Under the pieces are notes generated by a model. The model was not told the DNA's origin. It saw only the letters and a program-made list of their open reading frames with translations, and did not search any database. The position numbers were made by a program, and so were the translations under genes. Of a stretch of DNA of 64,000 nt, positions 12,361 to 23,864 are shown in pieces; the first letter of the stretch is position 1; every line of letters begins with the position of its first letter. Source of the DNA: Torpedo marmorata (taxonomy: Eukaryota); contig OZ360222.1 in assembly GCA_977017645.1 (NCBI GenBank), forward strand, positions 206,956,001 through 207,020,000, written 5' to 3'.

Positions 12361-13661
12361 ATGGTGTGGGAACATACTCGAGAGTGAGAGGCTGGAGTGA
12401 GTGTATAGAACAAAGCATTCACTGCCTGCGAGAACGTAATACGTCACTCAGGACGTCACTGCTGGAGGCTGGGTCCCCCTCTGCTCCGCAATACGGGTAG
12501 GCAATGTGAAAGGGCGCACGGAACCGGGTTTTCTTGGTCCAGTGTGAACGGCCCTACCGGTATTTCAAAACGGGTTGTTCACACGCCAATTTAGCAGGTT
12601 TCCAATGTGAAAGGGGCTAGTATCTACCATTCCTAGTTTGATTCAGAATCCTGCTCACAGGTCACACACATATTCAGAAAGACCCCGGGCTAAGGTTTTA
12701 CCCTAAATGTGGTGGCTCCCACAGTGCAGAACTCCTTCAGTGTGCACTGTGGTGTGGGTCTGGGATTTTTTTGTTGTTGATTATAAAGCTGTGAGTTTTT
12801 ATCAACTGAAATATTTTTTCATGGTATTCTACTCAAAACAAAATTGAGGTAGGTAAGCCAAGAGCTTACTAAACTGTCTGAAAGGACCTGAAGCAAAATG
12901 ACAGGTTTTAATTTTTATCATTGCGATCAGCTTTGTTAACGAAGAATCCTAGCACATTAGAAAATTATTACTTGGATACGATGTATGTCATACTGTAGCT
13001 GTGATGAGTACTCACTTATCTTGTTTTAAGAAATGCGAGTCTTTGCCTTTGTAGGTAAAGATTTTTGTGTATTTTGCACATGACTAGAAATTGAATATTG
13101 AATCCTGAAAGACATTAAGGGTTTGCTATTTGTAAAGACAGAGTGTTTGCTGGACAATCTGACCTTAATGTATTTGCCTGAGATTCCTTTGTCTACAGTA
13201 GTGGAGGGGTTAACTTGGTTTAAATTTTTCTTGACATAACATGCACAATGATGCCTTTGGCTAATATAATCTGCAGTCATTTTTAGGTTTTGTATTCTGA
13301 CTGAACAAGAGACTTTCTTCTGGCCCAAAACACGTCAGTGTGGACAGCGTAGAGGGGCTATTGAAGAATACAGCAGAATGTAGATATGGGCAGAGATATG
13401 GCAGATGGAGGTTAATCTGGACAAGTGTGAGGTTTTGCACTTTGGGAGTTCAAATGTAGCGGGAAGATACACCAAGAGTTCGTCTATTCTCTCTCTGTCC
13501 GCTCCCCTACAGTGCAGGACTATGAACAGCATTGATGTGCAGTGTGATCTGTGGGTCCAGGTCCATAGCTTCCTGAAAGTGTCCACACAAGTGGATAGGG
13601 TGGTAAACAAGCTATATAGTGTGCTTGCCTGCATTGAGTATAAAAATAAGGAAGTCATGTT

Positions 13662-15446
13662 CAAAGTCAAAATTCAAATTTATTGTCAGAGTAGAAACAG
13701 GACGTCATGTACAACCCTGAGATTCTTTTTCCTACGGGCCAGACAGTTATTGGTAGTGTAAACTGTACTCAAGAAAAAGATACATATACAAAAGAGAGAA
13801 ATTTAAACAAAAAAAGAAATGTCAACAAACTGACTGTGCAAATACAAAAAAATAAATATTCAGTAATAGAAAATGTGCAAAGTGTGAGTCCTCTAATGAA
13901 TCTCTGATAGGAGTTTGATGGTGGAGGGATAGCAACTGTTCATGAATCTGGTGCTATGAGTGTTGTGGCACCTATACCTCTTTTCTGATGGCAGCAGTGA
14001 GAACAGAGCATATCCTGGGTGGTGTGGATCCTTGATGATTGCTGCTGCTCTCCGATGACTGCATTCCATGTAGATTTTCTTGATGATGGGGAGAGTTTTG
14101 CCTGAGATATACTGGGCTGTGACCACTATATTTCCACTCAGAGGTATGGGGTGTCCCATAAGGGTGTGATGCAGTCGGTCAGCGCACTTTCCACTACACA
14201 TTTGTGGAAGTTTGCCATGGTGTCCGATGTCATTCTGAACCTCCACAAACTCCTGAGGAAGCACAGGCGCTAATGTGCTTTCTTCACGATGACATTAGTA
14301 TGTTGGGTCCAGGAAAGGTCACGATAGTGACTCCCAAGAATTTAAAGTTGCTCACCCAATGATCACTGGATCTAACCCTAACCCTCTGGTTTTCCCCTCC
14401 TAAAGACTACAATCAGCTCCTAGGTTTTAGTGACATTGAGTGAGAGGTTGTTGTTAGTACACCATTCAATCAAGTTTTCAATCTCCCTCCTGTATGCTGA
14501 CTCATCGCCCCTTTTTATGCAGCCCTCTACTGTGGTAACATCAGCAAATGTGTAGATAGTGTTCTTGTCGTACTGAGTTCTCTGGTTATAGGTGTAAAGC
14601 GAGTAAAGCAGGCGGCTAAGTATGCAGCCCTGTGGTGCTCTGGTGCTGATGGAGCATCCGGATGTATGCGTCTTTGCTGTCTAGGTGTTCCAGGGTTTTG
14701 TGTAGAGCCAGTGAGATGGCATCTGCCGTAGACCTGTTGCTGCAGAAGGCAAATTGAAATGGATCCATGTCACTGCTCAGACAGGAGCTGACATGCTTCA
14801 ACACCAGCCTCTCAAACCACACTCCGGAATAATTGAAGCCTGGTTGAAACAGGTGAGTACCACGCCCTGTCAGAGTGAGATGTTGAAGATATCCATGAAA
14901 ACACTGGCCAGTTGGTCAGTACAAGTTTTCAGTACTCAGCTGTGTCCTCCGTCCAGACCGGATGCTTTCCTTGGATTCACTCTCCTGAAGGGAGCCCGCA
15001 CGCCATCTTCGGATGCTGACAGTAGAGTATCATTAGGGATCATGAACGTGCGCAGAGATTCTTCCTTGTTCTGTTGGTCAAATTGGGCGTAGAAGGCATT
15101 GAGTTCACCTGGGAGTGAAGATTTGCTATCTCCTATTGCACCAGATTTGGTTTTGTAGCGGTTTATGTCATTTAGGCTCTGCCACAGCTGTTCGGTATCC
15201 CTCATTGTTTCCATTCTCGATGGGAATCTCCACATCGCCTGGGAGATTGCTTTCCATAGGTCGTACCTGCACCTTGTGTAGTATTCTGGATCTCCAGACT
15301 TAAATGCCTGTGATCTGGCTCTCATCACGTTCTGGATTTCATTGTTCATCCAGGGCTTCTGTTTATGGAAATCCTGAACAATTTGGTGGGGACGCACTCA
15401 TCCACAGCTGTTTTGATAAAGTCTGTAATGGCCCTGGTGTAATCAT
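13662..15446 (-). mobile_element. 5'-truncated Rex1/Babar LINE inserted in CR1
   Basis: Minus-strand ORFs 14936-15397 (QKPWMN, ELNAFYAQFD), 14616-14822 (DPFQFAF, STADAIS) and 13893-14264 (IIKDPHHPG); 7-bp TSD tcatgtt at 13655-13661 and 15447-15453. Confidence 0.9.
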
Positions 15447-15750
15447 TCATGTTGCAGCTATCTAAAACTTTGGTTCAGCTGCACTTGGAGTATTATGGGC
15501 AATTCAGGTCACCCCATTACAGGAAGGATATGGAGGCTTTGGAAAGGGTACAGAGGTGATTTACCAGGATGCTGATTGCATTAGTAGGTATGAGTTATGG
15601 GGAGGGGCTGGACAAACTTGGATTGTTTTCTCTGGAGTGTCAGGGGCTGAGGGAAGACCTGGTAGCCACAGATCGGATTGACAGTCAGGATCTTTTTCCC
15701 AAGGTAAAAATGTCACATACCAGAGAATATGTGTACAAGATGAGGGGGTG

Positions 15751-16593
15751 TTCAATGTTATTAAACGATGTTAACGTGGTGCTTAAACGATGCACCACGT
15801 CAACGATAGACGGTCAACAGAAATTGTCGACACCTAACTCACCCTCCTCAGATCTCCAACTGACCACTCGTGCGGGGGAACCTATATTTAAACTCCCACC
15901 CGTGCGTGCTCCTTTGTGCACGCGCTGGCCCCGGCTCCAACGGTTCACTGCCGGGGCCGAGCCAACCGCACATGCGCCTGCCGTCACCCGCGCGCAGTGA
16001 TCAACATTGCTGCGCACGGCCTACTAACCTCCAGGACGCCGTCGACGCCCGTGGGGTCCATTGGGATGCTGCCCAACAACAGGTAAGGAGCGAGCCTTTG
16101 GCTCTTACACCGGCCCCTAATTATTATAATGAGACACTATGGCTATAATTATAATAATTACTATCATAAAGAAAAACAAATACACAATATATCAATATAA
16201 TAAACAATTACCGGTAACTACGTAACATTCGAAACGTTACGCAGGTCTTTTTTCATCTTTACCAATTTTTGTTTACCGTCAAGTCATCTTTTAAGCACCA
16301 CGTTAACATTGTTTAATAACATTGAACAACCCTTAAGCAACCTTTGAGCATCGTTAAAGAAAGTTAAGCATCCTAAAAGAACATTAAAGATCATTGAACA
16401 TCATTAAGACATTGAATATCGTTGAATGACCTTAAAGATTGTTAAGCATCGTTAAGCCACGTTAACCTTTATACCAATACTTTTGTTATTAAGAATCAAC
16501 CAGTTAGAATGTTACTTAGACTTTTCATAGAACAATAAACAAAAAGGTTACAAGTTTTGTGTGTTATAAATAAAGCATTTAAATACAAAAAAA
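15751..16593 (+). mobile_element. Unidentified polyadenylated retroposed insertion
   Basis: 14-bp TSD aagatgagggggtg (15737-15750, 16594-16607), AATAAA at 16569, A-tract from 16587, internal inverted repeat. Confidence 0.8.
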
Positions 16594-18739
16594 AAGATGA
16601 GGGGGTGGGCGTATCTGGCGAGGGGGAGTCTAAAGAAGATGTATGGTGCAAGTTGTTTAACAGAGAGGCTGAGCGGTAGGTGCCTGGGACGGACTGTCGG
16701 GTTGGAGATGGAAGCAGATACAATACATTTAAGAGACTTCAAGATAGATATGAATATGCAGGGTTACAGTTGAATTTAGCCTCATGTTCAGTGCAGATAT
16801 CGTGGGCTGAAGGGTCTGTTCCCGTGCTGCACTGTTCTACTTCCATGAACTGTGTTCTTGGGGCCTATTAAGCCTGAAATATCCCTAGTGAAGTAAGATT
16901 GTTCCTTCAATTAAAGAGGTATCCTTCTGAGCATCCCAAATTTGCACTTCGTCAACTGTTTTCAGTTTGCCGGTCTTGTTGGAGAATGTTGATCTTCAAG
17001 ACCGTCAGGCTTGTGGGCTTGATTATACTTCCACTTGGAGACTGTGGTCCAGAAGTCTTATCCATGTGGTTGGATGGCTGCTTTAATTTAAAGCTGAAAT
17101 GTTGCAAGGTTATATCTTAATCCAGATGGAGCTGCATGGTTTGACTGATTTTTTTTTTGTTCAGTGCGGCTGTTTTTGCAAATTCCTTTGAGGGTTATTT
17201 TCAGAAGGGCAGGGTGAGCAGGCGGAGTTAAGTAAGTCAAGGCCTGCTAGATCCTGAAAAGATAAACAGAAGGCAGGACTAAAAGGTCTGTGAACTCTGC
17301 TATTTCTCAGTGAACAGTAAACCTACAGGCTTTATTTACTGTATTTACTTGCTGGATTCCTGGCAGTATGGCATTTGTAAAGAAAAATACAGTCATTGGC
17401 CGTACTCCATCTTGATCAAATACTTATATCTCAGAAACTATTCTGCATGCAAGAAAACCTTTTACTTATGGGTTATGTGGAAATGAAGGCCTCAGGCTTG
17501 GAAGGGTTCAGAGCAGACTGAGTATTGTGGGGTATGCACGGTCTGCTTCTTTGGAACAGCATTGATTTTCCTTGGGTCATCTATACTGCACAGAAACGGA
17601 GAGTATAGATCACCATGAAATCTACTCCTGCCTTAGTGGGGCAGTTGCTAGGTGAGGGAATACTTTAAAAAGATTTTAAAAAGAGCTTGTGTTTCTCTGT
17701 TGGTGTTACTTTATATAAAAAAAAATGCATCTGTCAGGGGAGCGACAACAAAATGCTGTGGAGTTCATTAATCCTGTCTCTGCCACCTCTCATTCAATCC
17801 TGTCTTTAGGAAACATTACTCCATTTACGAAGGTCTGTTTGTGCTGATTTTTTTCATGATCAGAAATTAGTGTGCTTTTTGTCTCTCCAGGTAATTAAGT
17901 TTTCAAATAGTTTTCTTTTAGCTGAATTTGTAGTTCTTTTGATGTGAAAGATGACATGCCAATAAAAGAAATAAGCTTCACTACCAACCGCCCACCCTAC
18001 CTCACACCCCCAATGCCTATCTCCCACTCCTCAATTAGTCCACAGGATTTCTTCTTCTAAACCTGAGTACGTCCATTCTCTCTTTCCCTGATCCCCTTCA
18101 AACCCAATTCATTCCTGCAAGATTGTGCATTGTCTGGGGTCCATATTATAGACCAGCGGTTATGCAAACAGGATGTTTAGCCTAATTATTAATGGTAAAC
18201 GCTTAATTTTGGTGAAGTGATGTCATGAATCTCTAATTCAATTTAAATTATTGTAAGGCTTAAAATCCTGGACTATGCAATAAATTAATTCATCTTAATT
18301 GGCAAATGTTCTAATTTCCTATTCTCAGTGGGTTTTTTTTACCAATGATGTCATTGATCAGCTGTTGTCCTGTCACCTTGCACCAATTACATGCTTAACC
18401 CATTTTCCTTCTGAAAAAGAAGCACCGATTTGGAACTCATCTTTAAGGTATAAACTCAAACAATGACATCTTAAATGACATTTTTAAAATACTGCAACAA
18501 TAAACTATTAGAAATTTCACAGTTTTGTTGGTTTAATGTCTTTATGTATTTGAGGATTTTTTAAAAAATTGTCACTGCCTTAACTGGATTTGGAGCTAAG
18601 AACTCAATGCTTTCACACTTGGTGTCTTTTGTTCTGGGTATCCATTGCAAAACAGTTCAATCTTTGCATGTGACTGCACTTTCATGATCAATTACTGGAT
18701 CATGAATGAGGTTTGCCTGTTGTCCCAATGACTTTCCAT

Positions 18740-19030
18740 CCATTCAAAACATCTATCCAGGATGCTGCCTCTAGAAGGCAGGCAACATCATAAAAGACCC
18801 CCATCACCCTGGTCACATTCTCTTCTCGCTGCTGCCTTCAAGCAAAAGGTACAGAAGCCTGAAGTCCAACATGATCAGGTCAAAGAACAGCTATCAGGCT
18901 TTTGAACCTCCCTATCCTACCCTAATCCTAACCATAAACTACTCTGGGACCACCGAAGATCTGTCTGCCCTTTTGAAACATCATTTCTTTTTGCACTAAC
19001 TGCAAATGTGAATATTTATTTACCTATCTT
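18740..19030 (+). mobile_element. Rex1-like LINE 3' fragment
   Basis: Encodes NIIKDPHHPGHILFSLLPSSKRYRSLK, the Rex1 C-terminal motif. Confidence 0.75.
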
Positions 19031-19049
19031 TTTATAAATTATTTTTTTT

Positions 19050-20570
19050 AAATTTCATGGCGTATTTGGTCATTTACATTGTTGGTGGTGTTTCGAGACT
19101 GCAATTTTAAATTTAATCGAGTGGACAGTCCAGTATGGGTAGCAATGGAGTTGAATTCTGCAAAAAACATTTCCATTCCAACATTTCTTGGATCCTCACT
19201 TCCCTTCTCTTTAAATAAATCAATTGATAATCTTATTGTCAAACATGCCGTTAGAGTTTGGGTGCAGTTCAGAAAACATTTTGGACTTTATGGTTTTTCT
19301 CTTTCAAGCCCTATTTTATGCAATTTTCTTTTTCTACCTTTTTTATAAGATTCTGTTTTTCAGGATTGGTTTAGATTAGGTATTGAACGTTTCAAAGATC
19401 TTTTCATTGATAATAGTTTTGCATCATTTGAACAGCTTTCTAAAAAGTTCAACTTACCAAATACTCATTTTTTCAGATACTTGCAAATTAGACACTTTCT
19501 TAAATCTCAGATACCGGATTTTCCTCGGGCACCTGATGCGAATATTGTTGATGTGATATTTAGTCTACAACATTTTCGCACAGGTTTAATATCCATTCTT
19601 TATGATAAGCAAGTGGGTTTGAGACATGCCCCTCCAGCTAAAATTAAAAATGGCTGGGAACAGGTTTTAAGCCTTACATTATCAGACGAAGTTTGGGATC
19701 TAATTTTTAAGCTGGTTAATACTACATCTTTATGTGCCCATCATTGCTTATTACAATTTAAAGTTGTACATAGGGCTCATATGTCTAAAGTTATCTCGTA
19801 TCTATTCAGATGTAAATCCTTACTGTGATAAATGACAGAGAGAAGAGGCTCCTTTAATTCATATGTTTTGGACGTGTCCTCGCCTTGAAAAATACTGGAG
19901 GGAGGTATTTCAAAATCTTTAATTTTAAATGTAAATTTAGAGCCTAGTCCTCTGATTGCTCTTTTTGGCACAACTGGAGAAGATGATATTCCTCTAACTC
20001 CAATTAAATGTCGTATTCTGTCTTTTGCATCTCTCCTGGCTCGACGTGCAATGCTGATTAGATGGAAGGATGCTGCCCCACTCACTCATGCTCAATGGCT
20101 CAGGGACATCATGTCCTGTTTAAATTTAGAAAAGATACGTTATTCAATTAATAATTCAAATATAAAGTTTCAAATGTTGTGGGGACCATTCTTGAATTAC
20201 TTTCATAACCTCTACACTTAATATTATTCTTAAAATTTTTATATTTGCCGTTTTATTCTATGAACGAAGTACATATTTTCTTTAGTCATACACCTTGGGT
20301 TAGGGAATAGGGTTTAGAATCACGCTGTATGTGAATTTTTTTTTCTTTTTGTTATCATTTTGAATTATGGTTATATGTGCTTTATAGCTTGATGAGTTAT
20401 CAAATTTGTCATTTGTTGTTAATATTATATATTTCATAAATGTTTTGTATATGCTTGCTTGATGAGTTATCAAATTTGTCATTTGTTATTAATATTATGT
20501 ATTCCATAAATGTTTTGTATATGCATGCTTATTTTTGAAATTAATAAAAATATTTAAAAAGAAAAGAAAG
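19050..20570 (+). mobile_element. L1-clade LINE 3' fragment (ORF2 C-terminus plus 3' UTR)
   Basis: VRVWVQFRKHFG, LLQFKVVHRAHMSK, HMFWTCP zinc-knuckle region, LEKIRY; aataaa followed by an A-rich tail at about 20543-20570. Confidence 0.88.
20387..20530. repeat. About 70-bp tandem duplication in the L1 3' UTR
   Basis: gcttgatgagttatcaaatttgtcatttg...gttttgtatatgc occurs twice. Confidence 0.85.
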
Positions 20571-20571
20571 A

Positions 20572-20813
20572 CATGCAGCATGATAACAGGCCATTTTGGC
20601 CCATGAGCCCATGCCACCCAATTACACCCAATTAACCTACAACCCCCGGTACGTTTCGAACGGTGGGAGGAAACCGGAGCCCCCGGGGAAAACCCTAGCA
20701 GACACTGGGAGAACGTACCGACTCCTTACAGACAGCACAGGATTCGAACCCAGGTCCTGATCGCTGTTACTGTAACAGCGTTGCGCTAACCGCTACGCTA
20801 ACCATGCCGCCCC
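20572..20813 (-). mobile_element. tRNA-derived SINE (HE1/V-SINE-like)
   Basis: Reverse complement: gggcggcatggttagcgtagcggttagc (A box)...gggttcgaatcc (B box)...gtctgtaaggag...gtacgttctccc. Confidence 0.85.
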
Positions 20814-20849
20814 AATGTTTTGTGTTGAACTCTTTATCGAAACTCAATA

Positions 20850-20930
20850 AAGTCTCAATGAAGGGTCCTGACCCGAAACATTGACTGACCATTTCTGCGC
20901 ATGAGTACTACCTGAGTTTCTCCAGCTATT
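20850..20930 (+). mobile_element. Penelope-like pLTR remnant with hammerhead-like core
   Basis: tcaatgaagggtcctgacccgaaacattgactg...ctgagtttctccagc. Confidence 0.6.
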
Positions 20931-21224
20931 CATTTTTTCCCCTTGTTTTCTCTTTCTCTTTTTGGATGTAAGTGTATTGTAAATTACAGCATTTATTGCC
21001 CATCACATTTCCTGGCTTGCTGGGCCATTTTCGAGGATGACTAGGAGTCAGTCACTTTGCTGTTGACATTAATGGGTAAGGTATATTTCTTTCTCTCTAG
21101 CCATATTAGAACTGGACAATCCAATGGTTTCATGTATGCTGTTACTGATATTCTGGATTATTTAACAAACTGGATTTAAATTCTCCAAATGACATGGTGT
21201 GACATAAGTTTGTATCTCTCAATT

Positions 21225-21680
21225 AATATGCAAACGTGCTGGAGAAACTCAGCAAGTCACGCAGCATTTTATAAAATAAAGAATAACCAACATTTCGGCA
21301 TGGGCTCTTCGTCAGATACAGGTATACCCCGCTTTACGAAAGTAGAGCGTTCCTATGAAACCTTTAGTAAACCAAAATGGCTTAAAGTGAAGACCCATTC
21401 ACTACTATTGAAGGCTATTTTCGTAAAAGCAAAAACCCATTCAAATGTCTTTCAGATAGCGAACACAGGTTTCTTCGTAAAAGTGAATTTGCGTAAAGCG
21501 AGTATACGAAAAGCGGGGTATACCTGTACAAGCAAACACGGGCAGGCACCTCAATAAAAAGGTGGGGGGAAGGGGGAGGAGAGAACCACCTTTTAGGCAC
21601 CTACATTTCCTATGGATGTTGTGTGACCTGCTGAGTTTCACCAGCATTGCCCCCGACCCCAGCATCTGCAGACCTTATTG
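21225..21680. mobile_element. Palindromic Penelope-like pLTR derivative, interrupted by a MITE
   Basis: Minus arm tgctggagaaactcagcaagtcacgcagcat...atttcgg at about 21238-21300; plus arm atggatgttgtgtgacctgctgagtttcaccagca at about 21612-21647. Confidence 0.6.
21319..21526. mobile_element. Tc1/mariner (pogo/Tigger-like) MITE
   Basis: TIR caggtataccccgcttt / aaagcggggtatacctg, TA on both flanks. Confidence 0.88.
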
Positions 21681-22861
21681 TTTAACCCTCTCAATTAATA
21701 GTCTGGGCTTCTGGGTTACTCATCCACTCTGCTGGCATACTTTGACTGGGGGATTCAAATATGTCCCACAAAGAAGATGTCTTCCTAGAACATGGAATTA
21801 ATTGTTTATTATTTGGTGAAAGCACTCATAGCTCATCTGTCAGTTCCATGTTCTGCTTCTGGAGCTCATCCGAACAGTGATGGGTTTTCTGTAGCAGAGC
21901 TGTGCCAGCAAGATATCCTCCTATTAAAGCTATATAGGTAATTTAAATCATATCAGAAGCTGCTGCATGAAGTAATATATTTTTGTGTCTGAAACCCTAC
22001 TGTTGCTGGGATGTTGGAACATCAGAGGTTAGAAATCGAAATGCATAGCTACTCACCAAAATGTACTTAATTGGAACAAAAGTTAGCACTGTGCTTTTTC
22101 AGGGAAATAACCCCAAGGCAGCAGCACATCATTTCTCTGAGCTACCAAATCACAACAGCTTGAATGATTAAAAGCCAAACTGGGCAACTTGCTTTGATCT
22201 CCAGCTGGGAAAGATAGTTAAAGGATAGAGTAAACCTAAATATTATTGTGGTTTTTCAAATTTGGCAATATTTCACATGTGAGGAGTTTGACTAGCTGTC
22301 AATTAATAAAAAAACCCAAATATTGATCTCTGATAGCTGGTAAGAAAATAATCTTGGCAATGAATCTGTTCCTTGGAGCTAATCATATTGCAATTGATCA
22401 ACACGAAAAGTGCATCTAGATTGGCAGGAATTCAGCTTATAAATCTGCAAAAATTTTGAACTCGGGATTCCAGCATTGATGGCAAATCTGATATTTTTTG
22501 GATAAAATGATCCCATTGAGCCCCTAAGGCTAGGAAATGAGAAGCAGTACAAATATCCAGCTGTGCACCTTTGGAAGCCCACACTCTGTACAATCAAGCA
22601 AACTAACTTTCAACTGTTTGGTGGTGAATCTTTTGCACTCTGAGAGGATTCTGATGAAAGTGGTGCTAATTGGTTAAATCCATCACAATGCTGTCTAACT
22701 GCCCAAAAAGATTTATATTTCCTGAAACAACAAGTCATCAAGTGATGGCTCTTGCCACATCAGCTCCCCCCATCCTGAGTCGGAGTGGCCACCCTGGTAA
22801 CCACACACTGCGCTCTATTGATAATGAATGGCATTGGTTTTGTACTCAGTTCCTGTCCTCT

Positions 22862-22864
<3 letters not shown>

Positions 22865-22893
<29 letters not shown>
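22865..22893. repeat. (GA)n microsatellite, continued at 23865-23881
   Basis: Direct reading. Confidence 0.95.
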
Positions 22894-22895
<2 letters not shown>

Positions 22896-23864
22896 CCCTT
22901 TTCACACTGGCTAACCTGTAAATTGGCCGTTCAGTGAACCGGTTAAAGAAGCCGTTTTTGCTGTTCACACTGGACCACTGTTAACCGGTTCTCTGCGTCC
23001 TTTCACACTCACCACCAGGCATCCCCGGGGAGAAGGGCGCCTATCCTCCACCGGTGACGTCTGAGTGATGCATCGAGCGAAGGCGGGCCTGCCCTCCCAG
23101 AATTCTGTGCGGCAGAGAAACCCTTCCATGAGTGCTCCGTGCATACAGCCCTTTCTCTGCCGCACGGAATTCTGGGAGGNNNNNNNNNNNNNNNNNNNNN
23201 NNNNNNNNNNNNNNNNNNNNNNNNNNNNNNNNNNNNNNNNNNNNNNNNNNNNNNNNNNNNNNNNNNNNNNNNNNNNNNNNNNNNNNNNNNNNNNNNNNNN
23301 NNNNNNNNNNNNNNNNNNNNNNNNNNNNNNNNNNNNNNNNNNNNNNNNCCCACTTCGTTGTGTGTGTGTGTATTTCATCCCCGCTGTGACTTTCCCACGG
23401 TCTTTATAAATTGTGCGCCTATATGTTTTATTGCCGCTACCACTTTCCCACGGTCCTTTATAAATTGTTTTATACTGTGCTGTACATAATGCTTAATTAT
23501 GTTATAATGGTTAGGCATGATTAATTTTGTTTAAATACAAGATCATAATACATTGATCAGGATTTAGTAAATTGAATACAAAGTTTATACCTTTTTAATC
23601 TTTTGTATCCTTCACGTTCTTGCACTCACGCAAAAACGTCATCAACGCGTCATTACTTTGTCCCTGGATAGTCCATGTCCCTTTCACACTGGGCTAATCA
23701 ACACGCAGGCATCAGATGACCCTGGGGATGATACACCCTACCTAGGCGGTCCATCCCCGTGGTGATTTGACGCCTGCGTGCCGATTCGCGAGCGTTCACA
23801 CTGGCCCTTTAACTGGTATATTGGCCGTTAATTACTAGGATAAGGTGCCAGTGTGAAAGGGGCT
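22894..23864. mobile_element. PIF/Harbinger-like non-autonomous DNA transposon inserted in (GA)n
   Basis: TIR agcccttttcacactggc / gccagtgtgaaaggggct (17/18), repeated ttcacactgg subterminal motifs, flanking aga/aga. Confidence 0.82.
23180..23348. other. Assembly gap (169 N)
   Basis: N run immediately after a hairpin at 23093-23179. Confidence 0.99.

Larger units (their letters stand above)
11454..12618. mobile_element. PIF/Harbinger-like non-autonomous element (right end) carrying GC-rich captured genomic cargo; left TIR not found
   Basis: Ends in tgtgaaaggggct (12606-12618), the same TIR as the 22894-23864 element; subterminal tgtgaa/ttcacac motifs near 12506, 12544 and 12578. Confidence 0.65.
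13335..16847 (+). mobile_element. CR1 LINE 3' fragment split into three pieces (13335-13661, 15447-15750, 16608-16847) by two younger insertions
   Basis: VNLDKCEVLHFG at 13405; the CR1 sequence resumes across the TSDs tcatgtt and aagatgagggggtg; CR1-type tail gggctgaagggtctgttcccgtgctgcactgttcta. Confidence 0.85.

Noticed and set aside
20572-20813. tRNA genes (also at 32772 and 55785)
   Set aside because: The A/B boxes belong to SINE heads followed by a SINE body and tail; no complete cloverleaf
22965-23489. ORFs spanning the N run
   Set aside because: Artefacts of the assembly gap
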